Below, in pieces: positions 19,344 to 28,600 of a stretch of 64,000 nucleotides of DNA. The stretch spans positions 185 through 64,184 of the forward strand of contig CAYYSJ010000004.1 in NCBI GenBank assembly GCA_964474445.1. Direction: 5' to 3'. Position 1 is the first letter of the stretch. Each line of letters begins with the position of its first letter. Position numbers and translations under genes: made by a program. This DNA comes from an uncultured Gammaproteobacteria bacterium (GTDB lineage Bacteria; Patescibacteriota; Microgenomatia; Levybacterales; UBA12049). Below the pieces are notes generated by a model. The model was not told the DNA's origin. It did not search any database and saw only the letters and a list, made by a program, of their open reading frames with translations.

Positions 19344-19390
19344 GCAATATGCAATTGTATGCAATTATATGCAATAGTATACAAGTTTGT
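19344..19390. repeat. 10-bp phased direct repeats (GCAATwrTAT)
   Basis: gcaatat-gcaattgtat-gcaattatat-gcaatagtat-acaagtttgt between the divergent HTH and fibre genes. Confidence 0.8.
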
Positions 19391-19397
19391 GAAAACG

Positions 19398-19427
19398 TTG
19401 ACATCTCACTTGAGGCTAAATCATACT
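19398..19427 (+). promoter_or_regulatory. Sigma70-like promoter for the fibre gene
   Basis: TTGACA-18-CATACT immediately downstream of the phased repeats. Confidence 0.55.
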
Positions 19428-19471
19428 ACATATATCGCGCGCGTATAGGCGCGCGCATGCGTTTTTGAGGT

Positions 19472-22400
19472 ATGAGAAAAACTTCCCTGAAAAAAATAAA
19501 GAAAGTTACAGCGAAAGATGCACGACAAAATATAAGAATTTCCTTGGAAAATCTTTTCCAACTTTTCTTCATGATTCCTGTGTGGGTGATTGCTATAGGA
19601 ACGGTAGAAGTAATGGTAGCAGGGGAAGTGCATGCAGCAAATAACAACCAACAAATTAACTTCCAAGGGAAAATTGTTAACAAAACTGGAGGGACAAACA
19701 TCACTGACGGAACATACAGCTTTACGTTTAAAATCTTTGATGCTTCAAGTGGAGGAAACCAGCTATGGTCCGAAACGCAAAGTAGTGTTTCCGTGACAAA
19801 TGGCATTTTTCAAGTTGCTCTTGGCTCTACAAGTTCATTGTCATCGTTAAATTTTACCAATCCAAATCTTTGGCTTGACGTTACGTTTAACGGAGAAACA
19901 TTTGGGTCGAGAATCCAACTTGATGCTGTGCCAACAGCAATCGATGCACTTAATCTGGATGGTGTAGTTGCAACGCAGTCAGCAAGTGGTTTTAATTTAG
20001 CTGGAGGAACAAGTACTGTCTCGACAGTAGCCTTTACAACATCAGGAAATACTCTTACAGTACAACCAGGGAATGCAGGATCCTTAACAGTTCAGTCAAA
20101 TGGTGCGAATGGATTAACACTTGATACAGGGTCTGCATCTTCAGTCAGTGTCGGTACCGCTAACGCAAGTTCCATAACAATTGGAAATACTTCTGCTTCC
20201 AATAATACGGCGATTACTCTTACAACAGGTGGATCAGGCATCATTACCCTCGGTAGTAATACGGGCGTGGGAAATGTTGTTGTCCAGCCAAATGCCGGAG
20301 GACAAGCAGCGCTTCTTATTAAAGACAATGGTGCAGGAGACTTGCTAACAGCATCAGCAGGAGCAACACCAAAATTTGTTGTCTCTAATGCGGGAGTACT
20401 TTCATTAATTGGAGGACAGACAACAGATCTTGATACGATTGGCACAACAAATACCCTCAAAATTGGCACCAATAACCAAAATGGTTTAACGCTTGGAAGA
20501 AATGGGGCAGCAACAACAATTGATGGGTTAGGGCTGACAATAGGACCAACCTCATGGACAGCAACTCCAACGATTTCTGGTCTTGTCACCGCATCAAGTG
20601 GTATTTCACTTGCAGCAGGACAATCCTATACAGGCGCTGGTCTTGTTACGCTTTCTTCAGGTGCGGGTGCAGCATTAACGATTGATTCGGGGACAACAGG
20701 TGCACTGAATCTTGGTACAGGGGCAAATGGAAAAACTATTACTATTGGCAATACCGCGGCAAATACAGCACTCACTTTGACAACAGGGGGATCAGGCATC
20801 ATTACCCTCGGTAGTAATACGGGCGTGGGAAATGTGGTTATCCAGCCAAATGCAGGAGGGCAGGCAGCTTTAGTTGTGAATGACCAAGGAGGGGGAGATA
20901 TCTTTACTGCGTCTTCATCTGGAACAACACGATTGAGAATCTCAAGTACTGGTGGAGTTTTGTTTCAAGGAGATACCCTTACTTCCATTGGCAGTGGTGC
21001 TTCAGGAAATGGAAGTAATGCCGTTGAGAATGCTCTTGGAGACGAAGGAAGTATGGTGCCAAACGCTGGATTTGAATCAGCAATGAGTAACGCAATAGCG
21101 GATGGATGGTTTCCTGCAGCAACGACATCCGCTGGTGTCTTTACCCACGACAACTCAACTGCTGCAAAAGGGCAAGCATCATTAAAAGTAACCATTACAA
21201 ATTCTACTGCTGTTATTTATTCCTCATGTGTCCCTCTTTCAGGAGCAGCAGGAAAATATACCCTCAACTACTACATTAAAGGAGCAGCACCACTAGCAAA
21301 TATAGGAGCATGGATTGATGGGTATACAAGCAAAGCAAATTGTCAATCAGATAACACACCAACATTGGCAGTTGCCCAAGTGGCACCTGCAACAACGTCC
21401 TGGACGAAACGTGGAACCGGTACAACTCCAATAGGAAGTTTTGGAGCTACCGCTACATGGGGACGAGTACATTTCTTAGTGTCTTGTACGAGTGGTTGTA
21501 CAGGATCTGTTACCAATATTGATGGAGTACGACTTACAGAGAGCGATACAGGGCAAGGTCTTGACTATGCTGAAAACTATCCTGCGGATCCTCATAACGT
21601 TCCACAACCAGGGGATATTGTCTCCCTGGAAGTATTGCATGGAGTTGCTGCGGTTATCCCAGCAAGTAAGCCGCAACAAGACAGCAGCGTGATTGGTGTT
21701 GTCTCAACAAATCCAGGACAGGTGCTTGATGATGGTTCTGTTACTGACCCTAAAGTAAGCATTGCTCTTGCAGGTCGTATTCCAACGAAAGTCAGTACAC
21801 AAAATGGCCCAATCCATATTGGAGATTATCTCACCTCTTCTAATATTCCTGGTGTTGCAGTCAAAGCTGTTACCGCGGGAGACGTTGTTGGGGTTGCTAT
21901 GGAAGACTATACAGAATCAGATGCCACAGTCATTGGAAAAGTCGTTATGTTTGTTAAAAATGGATACTATGATGGTGGTAGTGGCTTGGCTGATGCTCCC
22001 GCAGGTATGACCAGTTTTCTGGGCACACAGCAAGTGACACAAGCAAGTAATCAAAATACTATCCTTAGTTCGTCAAGTAAAAGTGTATCCACACAAAGTC
22101 TTTCAGAAAACTTTCTTTCATTATCTTCTAATGGGCTTGCGACAATCTCTGGGACACTTCGTGTGAAAGAGAATGGACTTTTTGAAGGCATTGTGACAGT
22201 TCTAGACACCCTTACAACACATAATTTGATTGTTAATAGTCTATCAGACTTTTTTGATACTGTTGTCTTTCATAAGAGCGTACAATTTGCGACAGCACCA
22301 ACGTTGCCTAAAGATACAGCAGGCTTTGCTGTTATCCATAGAGGAGCAAGAAATGTTGACGTTCACTTCTCTGGTTCTTATTCACAGACACCAATCATTC

Positions 22401-22705
22401 AAGCTTCTCTAACAACACATATCACTGCTGATGCCACAGCAAGCGCACAAGCTTTGTTAAAAAACAATTATGCATTTGTTGTAACGCATGAATCATCCAA
22501 TGGGTTTGGAATTCTTCTAAATAAAGAGGCTCAGGATGATGTCTATCTTTCTTGGGTTGCACTCTCAGTTGATAAACCAAATCTTTTTGAAAGTGCTTCA
22601 ACAGTCTCTGTGTTGGGAACACAAACAACACCAACACCAGTGCCATCAATTTTTACACCAAGTTTGACAAATATACAAAGTGCGAGTGGATCGGCAGGAA
22701 AATAA
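19472..22705 (+). CDS. Secreted tail-fibre-like adhesin with a CBM-like region and a peptidase G2/intramolecular-chaperone-like domain
   Basis: Signal/TM ending VHA, INFQGK...F.IFD...G..LWSE domain, G/T/S/N-rich repeats, PNAGFE CBM-like segment, DYAE...IGVVST.P...IALAGRIP.KV...NG.I..GD.L.SS. Confidence 0.75.
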   Translation: MRKTSLKKIKKVTAKDARQNIRISLENLFQLFFMIPVWVIAIGTVEVMVAGEVHAANNNQQINFQGKIVNKTGGTNITDGTYSFTFKIFDASSGGNQLWSETQSSVSVTNGIFQVALGSTSSLSSLNFTNPNLWLDVTFNGETFGSRIQLDAVPTAIDALNLDGVVATQSASGFNLAGGTSTVSTVAFTTSGNTLTVQPGNAGSLTVQSNGANGLTLDTGSASSVSVGTANASSITIGNTSASNNTAITLTTGGSGIITLGSNTGVGNVVVQPNAGGQAALLIKDNGAGDLLTASAGATPKFVVSNAGVLSLIGGQTTDLDTIGTTNTLKIGTNNQNGLTLGRNGAATTIDGLGLTIGPTSWTATPTISGLVTASSGISLAAGQSYTGAGLVTLSSGAGAALTIDSGTTGALNLGTGANGKTITIGNTAANTALTLTTGGSGIITLGSNTGVGNVVIQPNAGGQAALVVNDQGGGDIFTASSSGTTRLRISSTGGVLFQGDTLTSIGSGASGNGSNAVENALGDEGSMVPNAGFESAMSNAIADGWFPAATTSAGVFTHDNSTAAKGQASLKVTITNSTAVIYSSCVPLSGAAGKYTLNYYIKGAAPLANIGAWIDGYTSKANCQSDNTPTLAVAQVAPATTSWTKRGTGTTPIGSFGATATWGRVHFLVSCTSGCTGSVTNIDGVRLTESDTGQGLDYAENYPADPHNVPQPGDIVSLEVLHGVAAVIPASKPQQDSSVIGVVSTNPGQVLDDGSVTDPKVSIALAGRIPTKVSTQNGPIHIGDYLTSSNIPGVAVKAVTAGDVVGVAMEDYTESDATVIGKVVMFVKNGYYDGGSGLADAPAGMTSFLGTQQVTQASNQNTILSSSSKSVSTQSLSENFLSLSSNGLATISGTLRVKENGLFEGIVTVLDTLTTHNLIVNSLSDFFDTVVFHKSVQFATAPTLPKDTAGFAVIHRGARNVDVHFSGSYSQTPIIQASLTTHITADATASAQALLKNNYAFVVTHESSNGFGILLNKEAQDDVYLSWVALSVDKPNLFESASTVSVLGTQTTPTPVPSIFTPSLTNIQSASGSAGK

Positions 22706-22922
22706 ACGGAGTAGTACGTAGCAAGGAGAATGTTTCTCCACGCATAGAAAGTTTTACTGAGAGAGTCACATCTCGGTTGCTATAAACTACTTAAAAAAAT
22801 AATTAAGGTCTCGCTTTCCACAGTCTGTGCCTTAGGCAGATTGCGAAGCAATAAAACTAAGGAGTGAAATCATTCTTCACTAACGTCTTGAATGAAAAAA
22901 GAAAGGAGGTGAATGCAGAAAA

Positions 22923-23021
22923 ATGATACATCTTATTGTTAGTATGGTCAGGGAAGATTACCGTGTCATACGAGAGTATCTAGAAAATATTTCATTATTG
23001 TACATGTCAGAAGTTGTCTAA
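22923..23021 (+). CDS. Putative 32-aa small protein (below the ORF-track cutoff)
   Basis: SD AAAGGAGGTGA at 22902-22912; MIHLIVSMVREDYRVIREYLENISLLYMSEVV. Confidence 0.5.
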   Translation: MIHLIVSMVREDYRVIREYLENISLLYMSEVV

Positions 23022-23330
23022 AGGGCAGCGGGCTAGGTGTTGAAAATTGAGCGATGGGAGCTTCTTAACCTCGTTTTTCACACTAGGCAGGACCCCTGTG
23101 AAGCATCCCTAGCCCTGTCTTTGGACATATGAGATAGATTGTACAGTGATAAAAGGCAGAGTGTCATTGCACGGTCTGCAAAAAGCGAAAACGGGAGAGT
23201 ATTATCAAAAAAAATATGCTCTACGTCTTTTTGCAGTGGGACTGGATAGATAAAAAAATCTAGAAATTGCATGAAATACTCGTCGATCCTATGCTTGACA
23301 AGATTTCTGAAAATATTCCATACTGAGTTG

Positions 23331-23822
23331 ATGTCAGAGCAAAAGGAAAATCATGAAGAAGACCTCTCTAAAAGAGGACTGCTAAAGATAAAAAATATCA
23401 TAATGGGTCTTGCTGCAGTTGCCTTGGCAGCTGCAATTGCATTTGCAGGCTATTTTTATATTCAGTATTATCAAACACAACGACTCCTAAAAAATCCTGC
23501 TCTTGCTGCAGCACAACAAACACAAGCACTACTTTCTGATATTGGTAAGTTGATTGAGCTTCCAGCGAATGAAACACCAACTATAGCAACAGTAAGCGAT
23601 GTCACTAAACTGCAAGGTCAGCCTTTTTTTGCCCACGCGAAGAATGGAGATAAAGTACTCATCTATACGAATGCAAAAAAAGCAATTCTTTATAGACCTT
23701 CACAAAATAAGATTATTGAAGTTGCACCAGTAAATATTGCAGATATAGCAACTCCAACCCCAACTCCAACTGGGATTGCAAAAAGGGCATCTCCAAGCCC
23801 GTCTCCAAGAAGTAGTAGGTAG
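23331..23822 (+). CDS. Conserved single-TM hypothetical protein of a type seen in CPR genomes
   Basis: TM, then LP..E.PTIATV.D..KL..QPFF..A.NGDKVLIY..AKKAILYRPS.NKII.VAP. TTGACA-18-CATACT lies 6 nt before ATG 23331. Confidence 0.8.
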   Translation: MSEQKENHEEDLSKRGLLKIKNIIMGLAAVALAAAIAFAGYFYIQYYQTQRLLKNPALAAAQQTQALLSDIGKLIELPANETPTIATVSDVTKLQGQPFFAHAKNGDKVLIYTNAKKAILYRPSQNKIIEVAPVNIADIATPTPTPTGIAKRASPSPSPRSSR

Positions 23823-24056
23823 TTTACGTACGTGGTTAGAATTAATAAGAATGAAAAATCCGCTGATGTTCTTGATCCTTTGAGATACTAAAAAGGGATA
23901 AGAAAGCCTGCCCAACTTTCTTACCCCATGTTAGTTGATGAAGTAAGAAAGCAATAAAATAGCATATAGAAATTGATTGCATTAACAATCCAATTTCATT
24001 ACTTTAGCCTCATCAATTTTCCTTGACAGGCGTCCGACTATTTGCTACTTTTGAGC

Positions 24057-24161
24057 TGCATTTAGTTTTTTTCCTGCCTAAAGGACTATTTGCTTTTTAA
24101 GGGCATTGCTTCTCGTACGACGAATTTATATACAGAGTAACGAAAGCGATGCTCTTTTTTT
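24057..24161 (+). ncRNA. Candidate small RNA
   Basis: Promoter TTGACA(24023)-17-TACTTT with TG. Ends in an 11-bp stem GGGCATTGCTT/AAGCGATGCTC plus T7. No ORF. Confidence 0.5.
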
Positions 24162-24259
24162 GTAAAACACGAATATTTTCGTATTTTTCAAAAAAAGATA
24201 ATTCCTTGAGCCTTCTTAGACTTTTACATCTATCTGAGCCCAACGAATTAACACAGAAA

Positions 24260-24430
24260 TTATAAAAGAACGACTGGTATAGATAACCCTTTTTGAATCA
24301 ACTTCTCAAATTGTGCTTTCCCTTGTCTGAGTAATACTTCTTGTTTGTAGTCATCAATAGTCTTTCGAGCCATTTTTTTGTGGCTACCAAAAACAGTAAA
24401 TAAGGCAGTGAAGAGTTTCATAAGTTGCAT
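24260..24430 (-). CDS. 56-aa small protein (missed by the ORF track)
   Basis: MQLMKLFTALFTVFGSHKKMARKTIDDYKQEVLLRQGKAQFEKLIQKGLSIPVVLL with TTGACA-18-TAGAAT upstream; could start at the second Met. Confidence 0.65.
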   Translation of the reverse strand: MQLMKLFTALFTVFGSHKKMARKTIDDYKQEVLLRQGKAQFEKLIQKGLSIPVVLL

Positions 24431-24755
24431 CTATTCTATCACGAGCTGTCAAGCGTTGTCAACCTATAGCCTGTAATGACAAAAAATATGTGAGGCCTAT
24501 AATTTATATAGATTAATTTAGATTGTCATATCAATCTAAAAAATATCAATAAAAAAATGTGGATAACTTTGGGACAAAAAAATTATAACTCTTTTTTGGA
24601 GAAGAAAGCAGAGTATCTATATATAAATAGTATAAGTATAGGAAAAGGTATATTGTTTGAGAGGTATACAAAGGCAAGAAAGGAGGATAAAGTAATAGTA
24701 CTTAAGTACAATTTAAAATATCTTTCTATATCAATAATGAGTTTTGAAATAAATA

Positions 24756-25538
24756 TTATTGTGTAGAAAGAGTGGGAGATTTGAATGCTGAGGAGAAAAA
24801 CGATCGCACAGAAGGTTTGTAGTCATATGCGTCAATTGACTTAAGCCAAAGCTTAATAAGATTAGGAATATTCTTGAGAGTTGTTTTGGCTGTTGTCTGA
24901 GCGATTCGTCTATACTGTAGGGTAAAAGGAAGGTTGGTAATTTGACCATACTGAATAAGTTTGATAAGGATGTCTGAATACATCATATCCTTTTCATTGG
25001 TATTGAACTTCAATAAGTCTTTGGGGAGAAGTAATTTGTTAATCATCATAGATTCAAAGTTAATAGAAACAGTGTGTAGTGGCTTGTGATAGAGGGCATC
25101 GTATTCTTGAGGAAATCCAGTTTTACCTAGCTTTTTATTGTTTGCGTTGACTATCGTACATTGTACTCCAACAGCAACAACCTTTTCATTATCCAGAAGG
25201 AATTTCACTTGTTTGGTGAAGCGTTCTTTATAAACACTATCTTTTGCATCCATCATTGCGAGGAATTGCCCTCTTGCTCTTCTGAGAGCACGATTGAGAG
25301 TGATAGCCTTGCCATAGTGCTTTACATTACGATATATTTTGAGACGTTTATCAAATTTTCTGTAGAATTTAAGGATTTTCCATGAATCGTCTCGTGAGAA
25401 ATCATCAATTGCGATAATTTCAATATTACCATAGTTTTGAGACAGAAGGCTATCAAGACATGCAGGCAGAAATGAAGCTGCAGTAAAAACTGGAAGCAAT
25501 ACAGAAACTAACGGTTTATGGTCAACTAATGTATTCAT
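24756..25538 (-). CDS. Glycosyltransferase family 2 (motifs partly degenerate)
   Basis: PLVSVLLPV, IIAIDDFS.D, ARGQFLAMMDAKD, ERF.KQV.FL. Confidence 0.85.
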   Translation of the reverse strand: MNTLVDHKPLVSVLLPVFTAASFLPACLDSLLSQNYGNIEIIAIDDFSRDDSWKILKFYRKFDKRLKIYRNVKHYGKAITLNRALRRARGQFLAMMDAKDSVYKERFTKQVKFLLDNEKVVAVGVQCTIVNANNKKLGKTGFPQEYDALYHKPLHTVSINFESMMINKLLLPKDLLKFNTNEKDMMYSDILIKLIQYGQITNLPFTLQYRRIAQTTAKTTLKNIPNLIKLWLKSIDAYDYKPSVRSFFSSAFKSPTLSTQ

Positions 25539-25685
25539 AGTGCGGGCAGAGTTCTGCAAAGCAGATAAGGCAGGAAATGTAGTTAGAGCAGTTTATTCAA
25601 TGAAAAGAGTCTACCAAAGAAGGGATATCTTGTCAAATTTTGAAGCTATCTGGAAGCAATAGACGGAGTTCCTTACAAAAAAGGT

Positions 25686-28600
25686 CTATTTCTTATGAAA
25701 GGACAGTCTAAAAAATTTGTTAGGAAGTAAGTTCAGAATAAAAAATATTAGTGTTCCACTAAAGAGCAACAACCCTGCATACTCCAGATATTGTGGAGTA
25801 AAAACGATAATGATATGTTCATTTTCCATTGGTTTTGGTTCATTGTTTGAAATCCTCCATCCGTTCTCCCAATTATTAACTTTCACATGATCTGTTAGTT
25901 CTTTCCCATAAAAGAAGGGGAAGAGTTCAATCAACGTTGAAGTATCACCAGATATTGCATAGGCATGCCAGCCAGGATCATAGGCTTGAGAGAGAACAAT
26001 GGTTGTTGGAGAATCCATAGAGGAAAAGTTTGTAGTAACGTCGTAGAGACTCGGATTTGGGTGAGTAAATGTAGCGTTTTGCATCACACCCTCATGCTGA
26101 TTTTTCCCCTTATCTGCAATAATCTGTGTTAGAAAATTATAGGGAATAGGGGAAAGAGAAAAGCTATCAATTCGATTTTGAGTTAGTTGTTGGCCAGTTG
26201 AGATATTATCCAGATGAAATGCATAGCCAAGATTATATTTTTCTCGTGGTGGAATGATAAAAAAGGAAGTTGTACTATTCGTTGGAAGTTGTGTATAAAG
26301 AAATGAAAATTGTTCCGACGGGTCTTCTGCCCAAAAAGCTAAGGGTTCCCCAATCATATGTGTACTTTTTACACTGAGAAGATAGCCTTGATTGCTTTGT
26401 GCTTCTTTATCAAAGAATGAGAGACATGCATCTGCATGAATAGCAGAAAGTGTAAGGGATCCTTTTTCCATCTTTGCAACCTGAACATTACCCTGGGAAA
26501 TGGTATTGCAGTTGAAAATGTTTGAGCTGGTAAGTTGTGGAGCAAAGGTTGCATATGATTTTGGAATTTGTATCTCTATAGGAAATGGTATAGAAGAGGT
26601 AAGTGCAATACTGATTGGTTTTGAGAAAGCTTCCTGAACTTTATCCTTAGGGAGGATAGTGCTTACGCTCCCTTTTTGTGCATCTACTGCTGTAACATAC
26701 GTATCTTGCGCAATAGGAAGAAGAAATATCCCAAGATTTGTTGATGTATCTGTCTGCAAGACGACAGGGGGCTGGTTGTTAACACTAACCATCAGAGGAA
26801 ATGCTGCCTGGTCAGGTAACGTAAAGAGCGGATAGGTGAGAGTTTCTCCTGATAAAGTCTGACCGCCAATAATGATGTGGGGAATTTGCAGAACAAGAGC
26901 AACTTCTTTCGTATCTTTGGTATATATAAGATTTGCTTGTATGAAAGACTCAAGAAGAGCAAATGATGGAATAGTAACATGATGTACATCAGCAGGAAGG
27001 GTACTCGAAAGTGTCATTATTGAGCTACTCTCTGTAATTGTTACCGGTATTTCCTGTTGGGACCTATTGGTAAAAAGAGACCGAAACGGCATGACGAAGT
27101 TAGCCTCAGTGTTTGCAATGTAGTTACCGTGCAGTTGATAAAAGACATCATTATCACCCCACTGATATGGATTAACAGAAGGGAGATTATCTGCAGTAAA
27201 AATAGGTGAAGTAGGAAGAGCAAAAAGAGTCACTTTACCGAATTGTTTTATTTGTCTGGCACCAATTTGTGAGAGCATATTTTTTGTTTCTGCAAACTGT
27301 ACTGTTCTGGGAGCGAAAGGGTAGATAACATGCTCATCAAGGAGAATTAATCCAACTTGGTATTTCTCGAAAACTTTTTTCAATGTATCAGCATTATGCG
27401 AATAGAGGGCCTGTGATAGTTCCCAATAGTAATTTTCGTTGTAGTTACTCCAAGGATCAAAAGACCGCTCGAGTGTTGCCTGCGGAATTCCATACCAAAG
27501 AAATCCAGATCCCCGGTAATTATTGTCATAATACTCCCAGTTATAGAAGGTTGGTTGAGGAAATATCGCAATCCGTTGAGGAGTAGGCTGACTACTGAGG
27601 AAATTGATAACGTCTTTATGTTCCGGTTCCATTGTCATTCGTACGCTGTCAAAAAGGAAATGTCCCCAAAAAACAGGAAGGGAAAATAACACCAGAAGGA
27701 GAGAAAAAGTTGTTATCACTCCTGTGGAGCTATGATGGACAGCAAAGCGAAGAGTTGGCTTTTCCCATTTTGTGATAAATTTCTTGAATATATTTTGTTT
27801 AGAGAGTCGTTGTTTGGTTTTTTGCATGTAGATTGCAAGTCTCATGACACTCTCTTTCTTTTGCGAGTACTCTAAGAGATTCTGGAATCCAACACTCAAA
27901 AGAATTGTGTAGGAAAAGGAAAAAAGTGTTTCGAACTTGGTAAAAGGAAATCGAAAAGCCTCATTAAAGACAGGCAAAAGGAATCGTAGTATTGCGTTAA
28001 TAACATTTAATCCCCATATGTCGTTACCAAGAAAGAAAAAGCTGATAGCAAAAGTCACAACGAAAGGATAAAACCCAAGATTTTTTGTTTGCATAATAAG
28101 AAAAAGTCCATAGAGCATGAGAAGTGCAAAAAGAAAACTGGGCAAAATAAAAAGAGGAGTTGTCGTATATTGTCTCCACTCCTGCATAATATAGCTGTAC
28201 TGCTGGTTGGTAAATTCTGCTGTATCTAACATAAAACCTTTAAACGTCATCACATCGATAAGGTTGCCCCTATTTTTATTCGTTAAATAAATTTTATTGC
28301 TTGCCATCTGGTTGATTTTGGAATGCATAATTATCGGTGCATTCTGTGGAATACCATAGAGATAGGGGAGAAGCCAAAATGCATTGATACAAAAGATAAC
28401 TCCCAGGACTTTTACAATAATCGAAATAACTGTTTTTCTATTAACCCACCAATAAATTCCCAGGATTGCAAAAATGAGGAAAAGATAACTGATAAAAATT
28501 TGTGGCACAAATCCTTGAGGTGTTGCTAGAAAAGAAAGAAATGTAAACACCGCAAGGTTTTTCCGGATAGGAAATTGTAAATATAAGAAAAGAGACCAAA

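Noticed and set aside
19421-19806. Antisense ORFs opposite long genes (also 5156-5866, 20092-20589, 49182-49751, 55385-55879)
   Set aside because: Shadow frames produced by the codon bias of well-supported opposite-strand genes.
23085-23110. CAGG-N10-AGCA spacing resembling SRP RNA helix 8
   Set aside because: The internal stem does not pair and there is no GNRA loop.
24470-24750. Perfect DnaA box TGTGGATAA (24558-24566) in AT-rich DNA as a possible oriC
   Set aside because: Single box, no dnaA/dnaN nearby, and core genes keep the same orientation on both sides.
24557-24766. 69-aa plus-strand ORF
   Set aside because: Low-complexity AT-rich frame with no recognisable motif or start signal.
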